64,000 bases of DNA from Spirochaetia bacterium. Its GTDB lineage: Bacteria; Spirochaetota; Spirochaetia; DSM-2461. A program made the position numbers and the translations under genes. Shown here piece after piece: positions 28,975 through 37,973 of the stretch (positions within the stretch are counted from its first letter, which is position 1; the number at the start of each line of letters is the position of its first letter). Below the pieces are notes generated by a model. It was not told the origin of the DNA. It saw only the letters and a list, made by a program, of their open reading frames with translations, and searched no databases. The stretch is taken from positions 1,088,001-1,152,000 of the forward strand of contig OY764216.1 of assembly GCA_963668315.1 (NCBI GenBank), in the 5' to 3' direction.

Positions 28975-30421
28975 CGGAGGGAGCCCGGTAGAACCTGACT
29001 CCCGGCTGTTTCCATCCTTCTTCTCCCAGTCCGCTTTTCCTTGAGAGTGTACGGAGAAACTGACGGCGGGAGAGATTCCTTTCCTGGGCCAGAGAGGCCT
29101 GAAGGAGGGTCCGCTCTCCCTCGTATTCCAGTATAAGGCTGTCCAGAGAGGGTATGAAGTCTTCCGGGGAGTCAAGGGGAGTAAAATCTCCGAAGAGAGT
29201 TACTTCCACGTCCAGATCCTCCAGCTCATCGGCTCTGACAGGTTCATAGCGGGGATCATGGAACGCCGCCTCGGCTACGGCCGTGCCTATCATGGCCGAC
29301 GGGTTTTCAATACCCCGGTAGTAGGCAATACAGCCCCGGTCCTCATAACGTGAGATAAACCGCACGGCCAGCCCCCGTTCCGCTCCGGAAAGGGCAGGCC
29401 CGGAATCGGGTTCACCGCTTTTCATTCCGGATAAATCTTCCGTGAGAATTTGGGCGGCCTGCCGGGCCAGTTTCTCAAGCTGCTTTTCGGGAAACTCCCG
29501 GCGAAGTTCTTCATTCTCCCTCCGGGCCCGCAGCATATTCCCGGTGATCTCCGCCATCGTATCATCGGTGGGAATCAACGGAAGGGAGATAAGTTCCTGC
29601 CAGAAAAGGGCGGGGGCCATATCCCAGAGGGCTGCTCCGGGTGCGAAAAAAGCGGAGAAGTCCGTTTTTATTCCCCTTTCCTTCCACTCTGACCATCGGC
29701 GTAACTCCTCATTTCCCTCCGGCCGGGGGCTCATTTCACCTCCGGCCATTAGAATCCTGCGATTACTGCCGAGCCTTTTCAGCGAGTGGGCGAACCACTT
29801 CCAGGCCAGAGAGGCTTCCGGCTGATAGGCGGCCGAAAAGGCCACGGTCAGGACAGGGGGATTCAGTTTATCGATAAAATCCAGCATTTCATCAAGAAAA
29901 TCCTCGGGAGAGTCTCCCGGATCGACGGTCAGAATATCCAGATCCAGACTCAGAGCCACCGGGCCAGAGAATTGTCCCGCAGCGTAAAGATCATTCAGGT
30001 CGGACCAGTCTATGATGTGCACGGCCTCTCTTTTTCTCGCCCCTATGTGGGGGGGATCCTCTCCGGTTTTTCGGTTGAGCCAGGCCAGCCGGGCATTGCG
30101 GTTGGGGAGAAGGAGATCCCGCCCCGAGACCCAGTACACGTCTCCTATCATTCCCCCGTCGACCAGCCCTCCCAGCCAGTTAAAGCTCGTAACGTCCCAT
30201 TCCCCGGGGGGAAGATAAAGGGAAGAGGGGCCGGGGCCCATATCGTGGTGATAATCGAGGAGGATCAGGGTCGCCGGGGCCTCCTTTTCCAGATGGCTGA
30301 GCAGATAGGGGTAGGAGCCGGAATGCCTGTCGCTGACGAAAACTTCTCCCCCGGGTCGGCAGGAGAGAAGCAGTACAAGGGGAAGAAGGATTAGTATTTT
30401 TTGAGTCATGGATAATTTCAA
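28937..30421 (-). CDS. Lipoprotein with N-terminal arginase/UPF0489-like metallohydrolase domain and C-terminal AMMECR1 domain
   Basis: Lipobox LLSC; LDYHHD, NW, LDLD; RGCI...AAFHDPRYEPV..DEL.DL.VEV...FL..L..K.GL. Confidence 0.75.
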   Translation of the reverse strand: MKLSMTQKILILLPLVLLLSCRPGGEVFVSDRHSGSYPYLLSHLEKEAPATLILLDYHHDMGPGPSSLYLPPGEWDVTSFNWLGGLVDGGMIGDVYWVSGRDLLLPNRNARLAWLNRKTGEDPPHIGARKREAVHIIDWSDLNDLYAAGQFSGPVALSLDLDILTVDPGDSPEDFLDEMLDFIDKLNPPVLTVAFSAAYQPEASLAWKWFAHSLKRLGSNRRILMAGGEMSPRPEGNEELRRWSEWKERGIKTDFSAFFAPGAALWDMAPALFWQELISLPLIPTDDTMAEITGNMLRARRENEELRREFPEKQLEKLARQAAQILTEDLSGMKSGEPDSGPALSGAERGLAVRFISRYEDRGCIAYYRGIENPSAMIGTAVAEAAFHDPRYEPVRADELEDLDVEVTLFGDFTPLDSPEDFIPSLDSLILEYEGERTLLQASLAQERNLSRRQFLRTLSRKSGLGEEGWKQPGVRFYRAPSVRVRLPVSQREK

Positions 30422-30436
30422 CGGGTTGTAAGATTC

Positions 30437-33400
30437 CTAAACAGAGATCCGCAGTCCTTTGTTCTGCCTGTGCTTCTCCATCGCCCGGTTTAAGAGATAG
30501 TAGACCGCGGGCACGACGAAAAGAGTCATGAACGTGCTGGAAAGAAGGCCTCCCACCATGGTCTGCCCTATGGGCTGTATCTGTTCGGCCCCTTCCCCGG
30601 GGAAAAAGGCCATGGGAACCATTCCCAGAATGGTGGTAAGACTGGTCATGAGAATGGGCCGCATGCGATGGGCTCCCGCGTCCAGGCAGGCCTTTCTGAG
30701 AGGTGTGCCCCGTCTTCTGAGGATGTTGGTATAGTCCACCAGTACGATGGCATTGTTGACGACAATCCCCACCAGGGCCACAATTCCCACCGCCGCATAG
30801 GTGCTGAAAGGCTGTGCGGTTATGGCATACATAGCCGATACGCCGATGAGCAGCAGGGGTATGGAAAAAAGGATGATGAAAGGATCCAGAAGCGACTCGA
30901 ACTGACCAGCCATGACGCCGAAAACGAGAAATACGGCAACGGCTACGATGAGAAGAATGGACGAGTTGAATTCCTGCATCTGACGATATTCTCCCCCCAT
31001 CTCTATGGTGACCCCCTCGGGAAGGATGAGCCGTTCATCCAGAATGGAACGGACCAGGGGAGAGAGGTCCGATACGGCTGCGTTCGCCGAGGCATCCGCC
31101 GTGACATGAATGATGCGGGTTCTGTTTTCCCGGGAGATGGAGCTGGGCGAACGGCTTTCGACCAGTTCCGCCACGTTGGACAGGGGAATCCGGCCGCTTC
31201 CTCCGGTGATATAGAAGGAACTCAGATCCGTCAGATTGGAGCGATCCTCTTCCTTCAGGGAGAGGCTGATATTCATCTCCTCGCCTTTCATGCGGAAAGT
31301 CGTGGCCGTTAGTCCGTTGAGAAGGGCTCCGATCTCGTTGCCCAGTGTTGTGATAGAGATGCCGAGAGCGGCGGCCCTGTCCCTGTCTACGGAGATCTGA
31401 AGTTCGGGGCCGCCCGCCTCGAGGCTGGAGACGGGATCCAGCACGTCGGGGACGGTTCTGAGGATTTCCACGATCTCGTCGGCGACCTGCTCGGTCAAAT
31501 CCACATCTTCGGAGAGGACGGATATGTCCACGGCGGAACGGTTCCCGAAACGCCTGCCTGCAGAGAAAGTGAAATTCGCCGAGGGGAACTCCTTCAGATA
31601 ACCCCTGAGAATCGTCATAATCTCTTCGGTGGACTGGGTCTGGAATTCGGGATCGGGAAGGCTTATCTCAATGCTTCCCGAGCTGCCGCCCACCCGGATG
31701 ATGATGTTTTCGTACTCCTTCACCTCCTGCTCAATAATATCCGCCATGGCGAAAAGGTTATCCCTGGTTATATCGGTATTGGTTCCTTCGGGCATGGACA
31801 GACTGATGGTGACCTTGTCGTCGGTGGTCGATCTCATGCTCATATTCATTCCCAGGCCGGTAAAGCTCCGCAGGGCAATGGCGAACAGGACCGATACCAG
31901 AACCAGAACCAGGAATTTGTTATTCAGCACCAGATCCAGGATATTGCGGTATCCGTCTTCAAGGCCGGTGAGGAGCTTCTCGGCCCCGTCGTCTATTCTC
32001 TTCAGAAACCGGATCTTCAAGGGTTTCTGCACCCGGGTGTTCAGCTTGAGAAAACCGCCGCAGAGGGAGGGAACCAGAGTGACCGCCACGAAGAGGGAGC
32101 AGATGAGGGAGATGATGACCGTGATAACCAGCTCCTCAAACATCTCTCCCAGCATTTCCAGGTCGCTTTTGAAAATCAGGACCGGAATGAAAACACAGAG
32201 GGTGGTCAAGGTGGAGGCGGTGATGGCGGAGAGCATCTCATGGCTTCCCAGTACGGCGGCCACCTTCGGCTTGGCTCCCCGTTCCCGGTAGCGGTGGATA
32301 TTCTCCAGAATGACGATGGAGCAGTCCACGATCATTCCCACACCCAGTATGAGTCCGGACATGGTCATCATATTCAGGGTCAGGTCCATGAAATACATGC
32401 ATGCCAGGGTGATCAGTATGGAAATGGGCAGGGAAAAGGCGATGACCAGCGTGCTTTTCAGGCTCCTGAGAAAGAGGAAAATAATGATAACCGCCAGTAT
32501 GACACCCTGGTATGCCGCCTGGTAGACCTGGTTCATGCTGGATGCCGTGATAGAGGTCTCGTCGGCGGTGATGACCAGACTGATTCCTTCGGGGAGGGAC
32601 TCGTTTATGGCCTGGAGCGCTTCGTTGACACCCCGGGCGACATGAATGCTGTTGGCGTCCGATTCGTCGGAGACACGGAGCATGACGCTGGGAGTTCCGT
32701 TGACATAGACAAGGTAGCTGCTCTCCTCATACCCGAGGGAGACTTCGGCTATGTCTTCGAGGCGTACGACTTTGGAACGGTTGACCGATTCCGAGGCGGA
32801 AGGGGCCGATATGGTTTTTACCACGGCGTTGCGGATCTCTTCCAGACGGGAGAATTCTTCATCCGTCCGGACAAGATAATCAAGGCTCCCCGCCGTCAGG
32901 CTGCCCGAAGACATCTGGATATTCTGATTTCTCAGGGCCGAGGCGACCTGACTCATGGTCAGTCCGTAGGCTTCGAGCCGGTTGGCCGAAAGGGCCACTT
33001 TGACAATCCGGTCCTGGCCGCCGGACACCTCCGCTTCGGCCACGCCGGGGACTCGCTCGAGCATGGGTTTGGCTATCTTCTCGGCCAGCTGCTTGAGTTC
33101 CTCGATGGGGGCGTTTCCCGTAATCATCAGCTGCATGATGGGCCAGGACGTCATATCGAATTTCCTCAGCCGGGCGTCCTCCGCATCGTCGGGAAGGCGG
33201 TTCCCCAGGGTGTCGAGAACCTGCTGGACCTGATCGGCCGCTTCATCCATATCCTTGTCGAATCCGTAATTCAGCCTTATCCGGCTTCTGCCTTCATAGC
33301 TGACCGATGAGATCTCCTCCAGATCTTCCAGACTGGCCAGAGCATCCTCCAGGGGAATGGTTATGTTTTTCTCCACTTCCTCCGGTCCGGCTCCGCTGTA

Positions 33401-33550
33401 GTTGCAGGTGACCATAAGCGTGGGGAACTCGGTGGAAGGAAACATATCCACGGCCAGTTTGGGGACAAAGATGACCGCAATGGCGCAGATGAGAATATAG
33501 ACCATGAGAATCGCAACGGGGCGTCTGACGGAAAGTTCGGCTATGTTCAT
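30437..33550 (-). CDS. RND efflux permease (AcrB/AcrD/AcrF family)
   Basis: SVRRPV N-terminus, GMIVDCSIVILENI, GIVVNNAIVLVD, RMRPILMT; 1037 aa. Confidence 0.93.
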   Translation of the reverse strand: MNIAELSVRRPVAILMVYILICAIAVIFVPKLAVDMFPSTEFPTLMVTCNYSGAGPEEVEKNITIPLEDALASLEDLEEISSVSYEGRSRIRLNYGFDKDMDEAADQVQQVLDTLGNRLPDDAEDARLRKFDMTSWPIMQLMITGNAPIEELKQLAEKIAKPMLERVPGVAEAEVSGGQDRIVKVALSANRLEAYGLTMSQVASALRNQNIQMSSGSLTAGSLDYLVRTDEEFSRLEEIRNAVVKTISAPSASESVNRSKVVRLEDIAEVSLGYEESSYLVYVNGTPSVMLRVSDESDANSIHVARGVNEALQAINESLPEGISLVITADETSITASSMNQVYQAAYQGVILAVIIIFLFLRSLKSTLVIAFSLPISILITLACMYFMDLTLNMMTMSGLILGVGMIVDCSIVILENIHRYRERGAKPKVAAVLGSHEMLSAITASTLTTLCVFIPVLIFKSDLEMLGEMFEELVITVIISLICSLFVAVTLVPSLCGGFLKLNTRVQKPLKIRFLKRIDDGAEKLLTGLEDGYRNILDLVLNNKFLVLVLVSVLFAIALRSFTGLGMNMSMRSTTDDKVTISLSMPEGTNTDITRDNLFAMADIIEQEVKEYENIIIRVGGSSGSIEISLPDPEFQTQSTEEIMTILRGYLKEFPSANFTFSAGRRFGNRSAVDISVLSEDVDLTEQVADEIVEILRTVPDVLDPVSSLEAGGPELQISVDRDRAAALGISITTLGNEIGALLNGLTATTFRMKGEEMNISLSLKEEDRSNLTDLSSFYITGGSGRIPLSNVAELVESRSPSSISRENRTRIIHVTADASANAAVSDLSPLVRSILDERLILPEGVTIEMGGEYRQMQEFNSSILLIVAVAVFLVFGVMAGQFESLLDPFIILFSIPLLLIGVSAMYAITAQPFSTYAAVGIVALVGIVVNNAIVLVDYTNILRRRGTPLRKACLDAGAHRMRPILMTSLTTILGMVPMAFFPGEGAEQIQPIGQTMVGGLLSSTFMTLFVVPAVYYLLNRAMEKHRQNKGLRISV

Positions 33551-34521
33551 TTTGTATCCCGGGTAATGGCGTGAACGGGAGTGCCCTCATCCAGAAGGGT
33601 CTGCCCGGCGGTGATAACCGATTCTCCGGGGGATACTCCCTCCTTGAGTTCAACCAGCTCGGAAGAACGGAGTCCTACCGTTACTTCGCGCCGTTCCGCC
33701 TTTCCCTCGGAGTTGATAACGAATACGGTATCATTTCCATAGTAGGAGAACAGGGCTTCCTCGGGAACGGCCACCACATTCCTTACCTGTTCGGTCACCA
33801 GTTTTATCGAGGCGAACATCCCCGGTTTGACGTTCTCCCTTTCATTAAGCTTAATGGTTATTTCCAGAGTTCTGGATGCCGGGTCGATAACCGTGCCCAC
33901 GTCGGAAATCTCCCCGCCGTACAGACGGTCTCCGAAGGCGGCAAAGGTGATTTCGGCGGGAAGACCCTTTTTTATGTAGGCGGCGAATTTCTCGGGGATA
34001 TAGGTGACCAGCTTAAGTCTGGTCAGATCGCCTATGGTCAGAATGGACGTTCCGGTTGTCACCTTGTCGCCCCGGTGGGCGTTATATCGCAGAACGGTGC
34101 CTCCGATCGTGGCGTATACGGTACTGCGGGAGTAATTCTGCCCGGGAAGGGACGGGTCGACCGACGCGATCGGCTGTCCCGCCGCGACTTTATCTCCCAC
34201 CGAGACGGAAATATCGGTGAGTTTTCCCGAAATATCCGGGTAGATTTCAATCTCTCCTTCGGTGAGGATATCCCCGTTGACTTTGATATAATTGGAGACC
34301 GTCTCCAGGGAGGTGACATAGGCTTCCACGGCCTGGCTCGGCGTCTTCTGTTCTCTTCCAGAACCGCCCTGCGCCGGAGCTCCGCCTGAGGAAGGCGCGG
34401 TACTGCGGTTTTCTGCGGGAGCCGCTTTGTTCGGCAGGGCGGGAATGACAAGGAATGCCAGGCTTATCACGATGGCTGCTGACACGACTATTTTGAAAAG
34501 GAAGTCCCTACTGTTATTCAT
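33547..34521 (-). CDS. RND efflux periplasmic adaptor (membrane fusion protein)
   Basis: N-terminal anchor, lipoyl-like VSVGDKVAAGQPI, IDPASRT, KPGMF, VAVPEEA. Confidence 0.9.
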   Translation of the reverse strand: MNNSRDFLFKIVVSAAIVISLAFLVIPALPNKAAPAENRSTAPSSGGAPAQGGSGREQKTPSQAVEAYVTSLETVSNYIKVNGDILTEGEIEIYPDISGKLTDISVSVGDKVAAGQPIASVDPSLPGQNYSRSTVYATIGGTVLRYNAHRGDKVTTGTSILTIGDLTRLKLVTYIPEKFAAYIKKGLPAEITFAAFGDRLYGGEISDVGTVIDPASRTLEITIKLNERENVKPGMFASIKLVTEQVRNVVAVPEEALFSYYGNDTVFVINSEGKAERREVTVGLRSSELVELKEGVSPGESVITAGQTLLDEGTPVHAITRDTK

Positions 34522-34628
34522 GCTGTTTCCCCCATGGTCTCTCGAAGCCCCTGGTGTTTGCTGATCGGGAATTTCCAGTAAAAAATCCCACCGGCGTTGT
34601 CAAGCGGACATGAGTGAACCTTACGTGA

Positions 34629-34670
34629 ATTATATCCTAACTCAATCTTGTGAGAAAAGTGTAAAGAAAA
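34629..34670 (-). promoter_or_regulatory. Candidate activator-dependent promoter of the RND operon with an OmpR/PhoB-type direct repeat
   Basis: Minus strand TATAAT at 34634-34629; TTCTTTACA and TTTCTCACA repeats 11 bp apart replace the -35. Confidence 0.5.
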
Positions 34671-34833
34671 AAAATTATATTCCCTTTTGTCGGACGTCCA
34701 TCGTTTTTAGCCACAATCCCGCTTCAATCACGGCAAATGGGGCAAGAACGGGGTTAACTGCGGGTAATGAAACCTTTTCTGTAGATCCGATTCATTCGAC
34801 TCCTTATCATGGGGGCCGATGTAAGGAGGAGTC

Positions 34834-36102
34834 ATGATGAACGGAAGAAAAATGACCGCGATTATACTCATTTTCGCGGGAACCTTTGTTGCCTGGATGA
34901 TTTTGGGAACGGCGACGACGGCCCGGACGGATACTCAGTATAGTTCTCTGAAGAGCGAAGTGGCAAGCCTTTACGGCGGTGATCTCCTCTTCCGGTCCCC
35001 CCGGTTCTACAGGAAGAGGGAAGAGACCGTGAAAGTCTGGGAGAACGGCGCCGAGGTGGAAAGGGCCATGTTTGTGCCTGTGGAGAGGGAAGCCCTGGAA
35101 TCGAATGTGTCTATCGATGTGTCTCTGGACAGGAGGAAGCGGGGCAATCTCTGGTTTCCCACATTCAAGGCGCGCTTTGAAGGGGAATATCTTTTTAAAG
35201 CCGATGATCCGAAGGAGCAGTGGTATCTCTATTCCGCCCTGGAGTCTTCCGACTCTATCTATCGCGATATCTCCCTGGAGGTAAACGGCATAGCCCGGGA
35301 AGATCTGCTTCCCCTGATTCGGAAGGAGGAGTTCTCTGTCCGGCCCGATGACGATGGTTTTGTCAGACTGACCCTCTCCTATGAATCCACCGGCATGGAG
35401 AATCTTTACTACTATATCTCGGAAGGGGACCAGATCGCCCAGTTGAATAACTTCAACCTGAAAATCCGCACCGACTTTGAAGATTTCGATTTTCCCCCTT
35501 CCCTGATGTCCCCTTCGCAAAAAACGAAAGTCGACGGGGGATATGAGATGGTCTGGACCCTCGACAAGGCCATGACCGGAAAGGATTTGGGGCTTATTAT
35601 CCCCAATAGGCAGAATCCGGGAGAGATCGTGACCAGGGTTACCTTCTTCGCGCCGGTGCCGCTACTTTTCTTCTTTACCATTCTGCTGATCGTCACGACA
35701 ATTATGGGTTGTCCTTTTCATCCCATGCATTACTTCTTCCTGGCCGCCACGTTCTTCTCATTCCATCTCATGTACTCCTATTTTTCAGATCATATGAATC
35801 TCTATTTGACTTTCGCGGTGGCTTCCGCGGTCTCGTTGGCGCTTACCGTAACATATCTGCGGCTGTTTGCTCCTCCCCGGCTGGCCTATATCATTGCTCC
35901 GGGCGTGCAGCTTATCTATCTGATCTTCTTCTCATGGTCGTTTTTCTTTGAGGGGATTACCGGGATGATCCTTACCGTCTGTTCCGTCCTTACCCTTTTC
36001 GTGCTTATGCAGCTGACGGGTAGGACAGACTGGGAGAGCCTGTTCGCCAAGCTGCCTCCCGACGGAAAACCTTCCGTCCGGGAGGGTGAGGAATCAGACT
36101 AG
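34834..36102 (+). CDS. CreD-like inner membrane protein
   Basis: N-terminal TM, periplasmic domain (RKRGNL, F..SLMSP), about 6 C-terminal TMs with HPMHY (CreD-type HPxQY). Confidence 0.65.
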   Translation: MMNGRKMTAIILIFAGTFVAWMILGTATTARTDTQYSSLKSEVASLYGGDLLFRSPRFYRKREETVKVWENGAEVERAMFVPVEREALESNVSIDVSLDRRKRGNLWFPTFKARFEGEYLFKADDPKEQWYLYSALESSDSIYRDISLEVNGIAREDLLPLIRKEEFSVRPDDDGFVRLTLSYESTGMENLYYYISEGDQIAQLNNFNLKIRTDFEDFDFPPSLMSPSQKTKVDGGYEMVWTLDKAMTGKDLGLIIPNRQNPGEIVTRVTFFAPVPLLFFFTILLIVTTIMGCPFHPMHYFFLAATFFSFHLMYSYFSDHMNLYLTFAVASAVSLALTVTYLRLFAPPRLAYIIAPGVQLIYLIFFSWSFFFEGITGMILTVCSVLTLFVLMQLTGRTDWESLFAKLPPDGKPSVREGEESD

Positions 36103-36515
36103 AGGGTCTCGTTCACCGCCTGCTGAAGGGCGTTTTCCACGGCTGCCATGATCGCCATGCTGGTCGCGGTGGCCCCGGTCACGGCATCCACCGAGGTGGA
36201 TTGCTCCTCCACAATTTCTCCGGGAACAAGGGATATGGGCCTTTTGTAATACTGGGGCCCCACTTCGTTATGATCAACGACAGCTACGTCCACGACGGTT
36301 CCCTCTTCTACGGTGACCTCCACAATCAGTCCCTCCCTGAATCCCGTGGCTTCTCCCTGGTAAATCCCGTCCTGCAGATTATAGGCCGAGAAGTCCCAGC
36401 CTTCGGGATGGGAGTAGTTTGCCCTGTGACCTCCTCTGAAAGAGGTCATCATAATAAACGCAAAGGGCAGCAGCAGGAGCCCGAGGATCAGGCTATTCCG
36501 TTTTCTCATTTTCAT
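36099..36515 (-). CDS. Exported FMN-binding domain protein (flavinylation substrate)
   Basis: N-terminal anchor; DGIYQGEATGF, VDAVTGATATS ([S/T]GA[S/T] motif). Confidence 0.85.
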   Translation of the reverse strand: MKMRKRNSLILGLLLLPFAFIMMTSFRGGHRANYSHPEGWDFSAYNLQDGIYQGEATGFREGLIVEVTVEEGTVVDVAVVDHNEVGPQYYKRPISLVPGEIVEEQSTSVDAVTGATATSMAIMAAVENALQQAVNETL

Positions 36516-37206
36516 TCTCCTTGACGGGGGAGCGTTTCTTCAGCGCCCAGCCGTATGTTAGTGTTTTATCTCTGGGACAGGATCGTATGCACTCAAAACA
36601 GTTGATGCACTGTCCGTTTCGAACTTGATTAATCCGTGAGACTTCTATACCCGCGGGACATGCTTTATCGCATTTTCTGCAGCTGATACAGGTCTCCTCT
36701 TTTCTCTTCACCGTAAAAAAACGTGCCATACTAAGGGCTCCGTACCGTGCTCCCTCGGTACAAAAGTAACGGCAGAAGGGTCTGTCGATAAAAAGTGAAA
36801 GGGTAAGGAAAGCCCCTGTCAGCAGGGCCGCAGCCGGTATGACCGCCCCTCCGAGTCCCGTTAGAAATCCCATGGACTGGGAGTAGGGCGTCCCCAGAAA
36901 ATAGATGAATCCCAGGCCTGTAAAGCTCAGAACAAAGAGGAGGTAACGGAGAAATCTCAGGTATTTCTCCCATCCCGGGGGGAGGGAAAAATGAGGGATA
37001 TGAAGTCTGCGGCCCAGTTTTCCCAGTAGTTCCTGAAGGTAACCGAACGGGCAGAGCCAGCCGCAGTGAAACGCTCCGAAAAACAGGGAGGAAACCATGA
37101 AAATTCCGATGAGGAAGAAGCTTTTATAGAGAATTCCGAGAAAGAGGAGACTCCCGAACAGGACAGGAGTTATCATGCGCATCAGGGAGTACCAGGTTTG
37201 TTTCAT
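36493..37206 (-). CDS. NapH/YccM-like membrane 4Fe-4S protein
   Basis: CGWLCPFG, FCRYFC, CISCRKCDKACP, CINCFECIRSCP. Start moved to MKQTW (37206) after SD AAGGAG. Confidence 0.85.
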   Translation of the reverse strand: MKQTWYSLMRMITPVLFGSLLFLGILYKSFFLIGIFMVSSLFFGAFHCGWLCPFGYLQELLGKLGRRLHIPHFSLPPGWEKYLRFLRYLLFVLSFTGLGFIYFLGTPYSQSMGFLTGLGGAVIPAAALLTGAFLTLSLFIDRPFCRYFCTEGARYGALSMARFFTVKRKEETCISCRKCDKACPAGIEVSRINQVRNGQCINCFECIRSCPRDKTLTYGWALKKRSPVKENENEKTE

Positions 37207-37256
37207 CAATTCTTTTCTCCTTTTCATGCCGATGATGAATCGGCTTTATGAAAAGA

Positions 37257-37288
37257 AGAATAGAGGCTGATTATGAAGGAAATGTGAA
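37257..37288 (-). promoter_or_regulatory. Candidate OmpR/PhoB-type box and -10 upstream of the NapH-like gene
   Basis: Minus strand TTCACA-N5-TTCATA (11-bp period), then TATTCT 9 nt downstream. Confidence 0.4.
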
Positions 37289-37301
37289 CGGGAGATAAAT
37301 A

Positions 37302-37967
37302 TTATTGAGCTTCGGGATTATGTCTGCCGGGAGCGGCGATAGAGAAGTAGATGATACGGAACATCTCCTCCATAATTTCTTTTCCCGAAAGGCTATATTG
37401 TTCCAGCATCCAGTTTCTTCTGACGGCCAGTTTCTGCATGGTGGACTGAATCATCGTCATATAGGTGAAGGCGGTTTTGAAGGGATCGCTGACAAGGGCC
37501 AGGGAGTTGTCCTTCTGCCCCTCCTCCAGAATTTCTCCCAGGAGAGTGGTTATGTTTTTTATAGCCCTAAGACATTCTCGGGCTTCCTTATCAGACGTAT
37601 CCTCCGGCTTGATTCTGTAGTCGAAAAGCAGGGTGAATACGAGCTGGTCGAAATCATCCTTGTAGAAGTCAAGATAGGCGTCGCTTATCTTTTTCAGCTT
37701 TGAATAGGCGTCGCCCTTTTCCTCTTTAATCGCTTGTTTTAGACGATTGAGGAGAAGAGCATAGGCATCGCTCATGACGCGGAAGGATATTTCTTCCTTG
37801 CTTTTGAAATAAAGGTAGAGAGTCCGACGGCTCAATTCCGATTCCTGTGCGATGTCGAGCATTGTCGTGCTGCTGTACCCTTTGTTAATAAACAGTACTC
37901 GTGCGGCATTCAGAATTTCCTGGATGCGCTTTTCCTTTTCCCTTATTTTTCTCTCTACTATACCCAT
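37302..37967 (-). CDS. TetR/AcrR family transcriptional regulator
   Basis: ILNAARVLF..KGY..TTMLDIA...LSRRTLYLYFKSKEE. Confidence 0.92.
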   Translation of the reverse strand: MGIVERKIREKEKRIQEILNAARVLFINKGYSSTTMLDIAQESELSRRTLYLYFKSKEEISFRVMSDAYALLLNRLKQAIKEEKGDAYSKLKKISDAYLDFYKDDFDQLVFTLLFDYRIKPEDTSDKEARECLRAIKNITTLLGEILEEGQKDNSLALVSDPFKTAFTYMTMIQSTMQKLAVRRNWMLEQYSLSGKEIMEEMFRIIYFSIAAPGRHNPEAQ

Positions 37968-37973
37968 AAAGTA

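Noticed and set aside
27175..29175. 666-aa minus-strand ORF spanning the DUF3160 and Memo genes
   Set aside because: Antisense shadow of well-supported genes, with no recognisable motifs. Long antisense frames are common with this codon bias.
34522..34628. Structured leader of the RND operon considered as a riboswitch
   Set aside because: Only a modest hairpin (GGGATTTT...AAATTCCC) and no aptamer consensus I recognise; an Rfam/Infernal scan would settle it.
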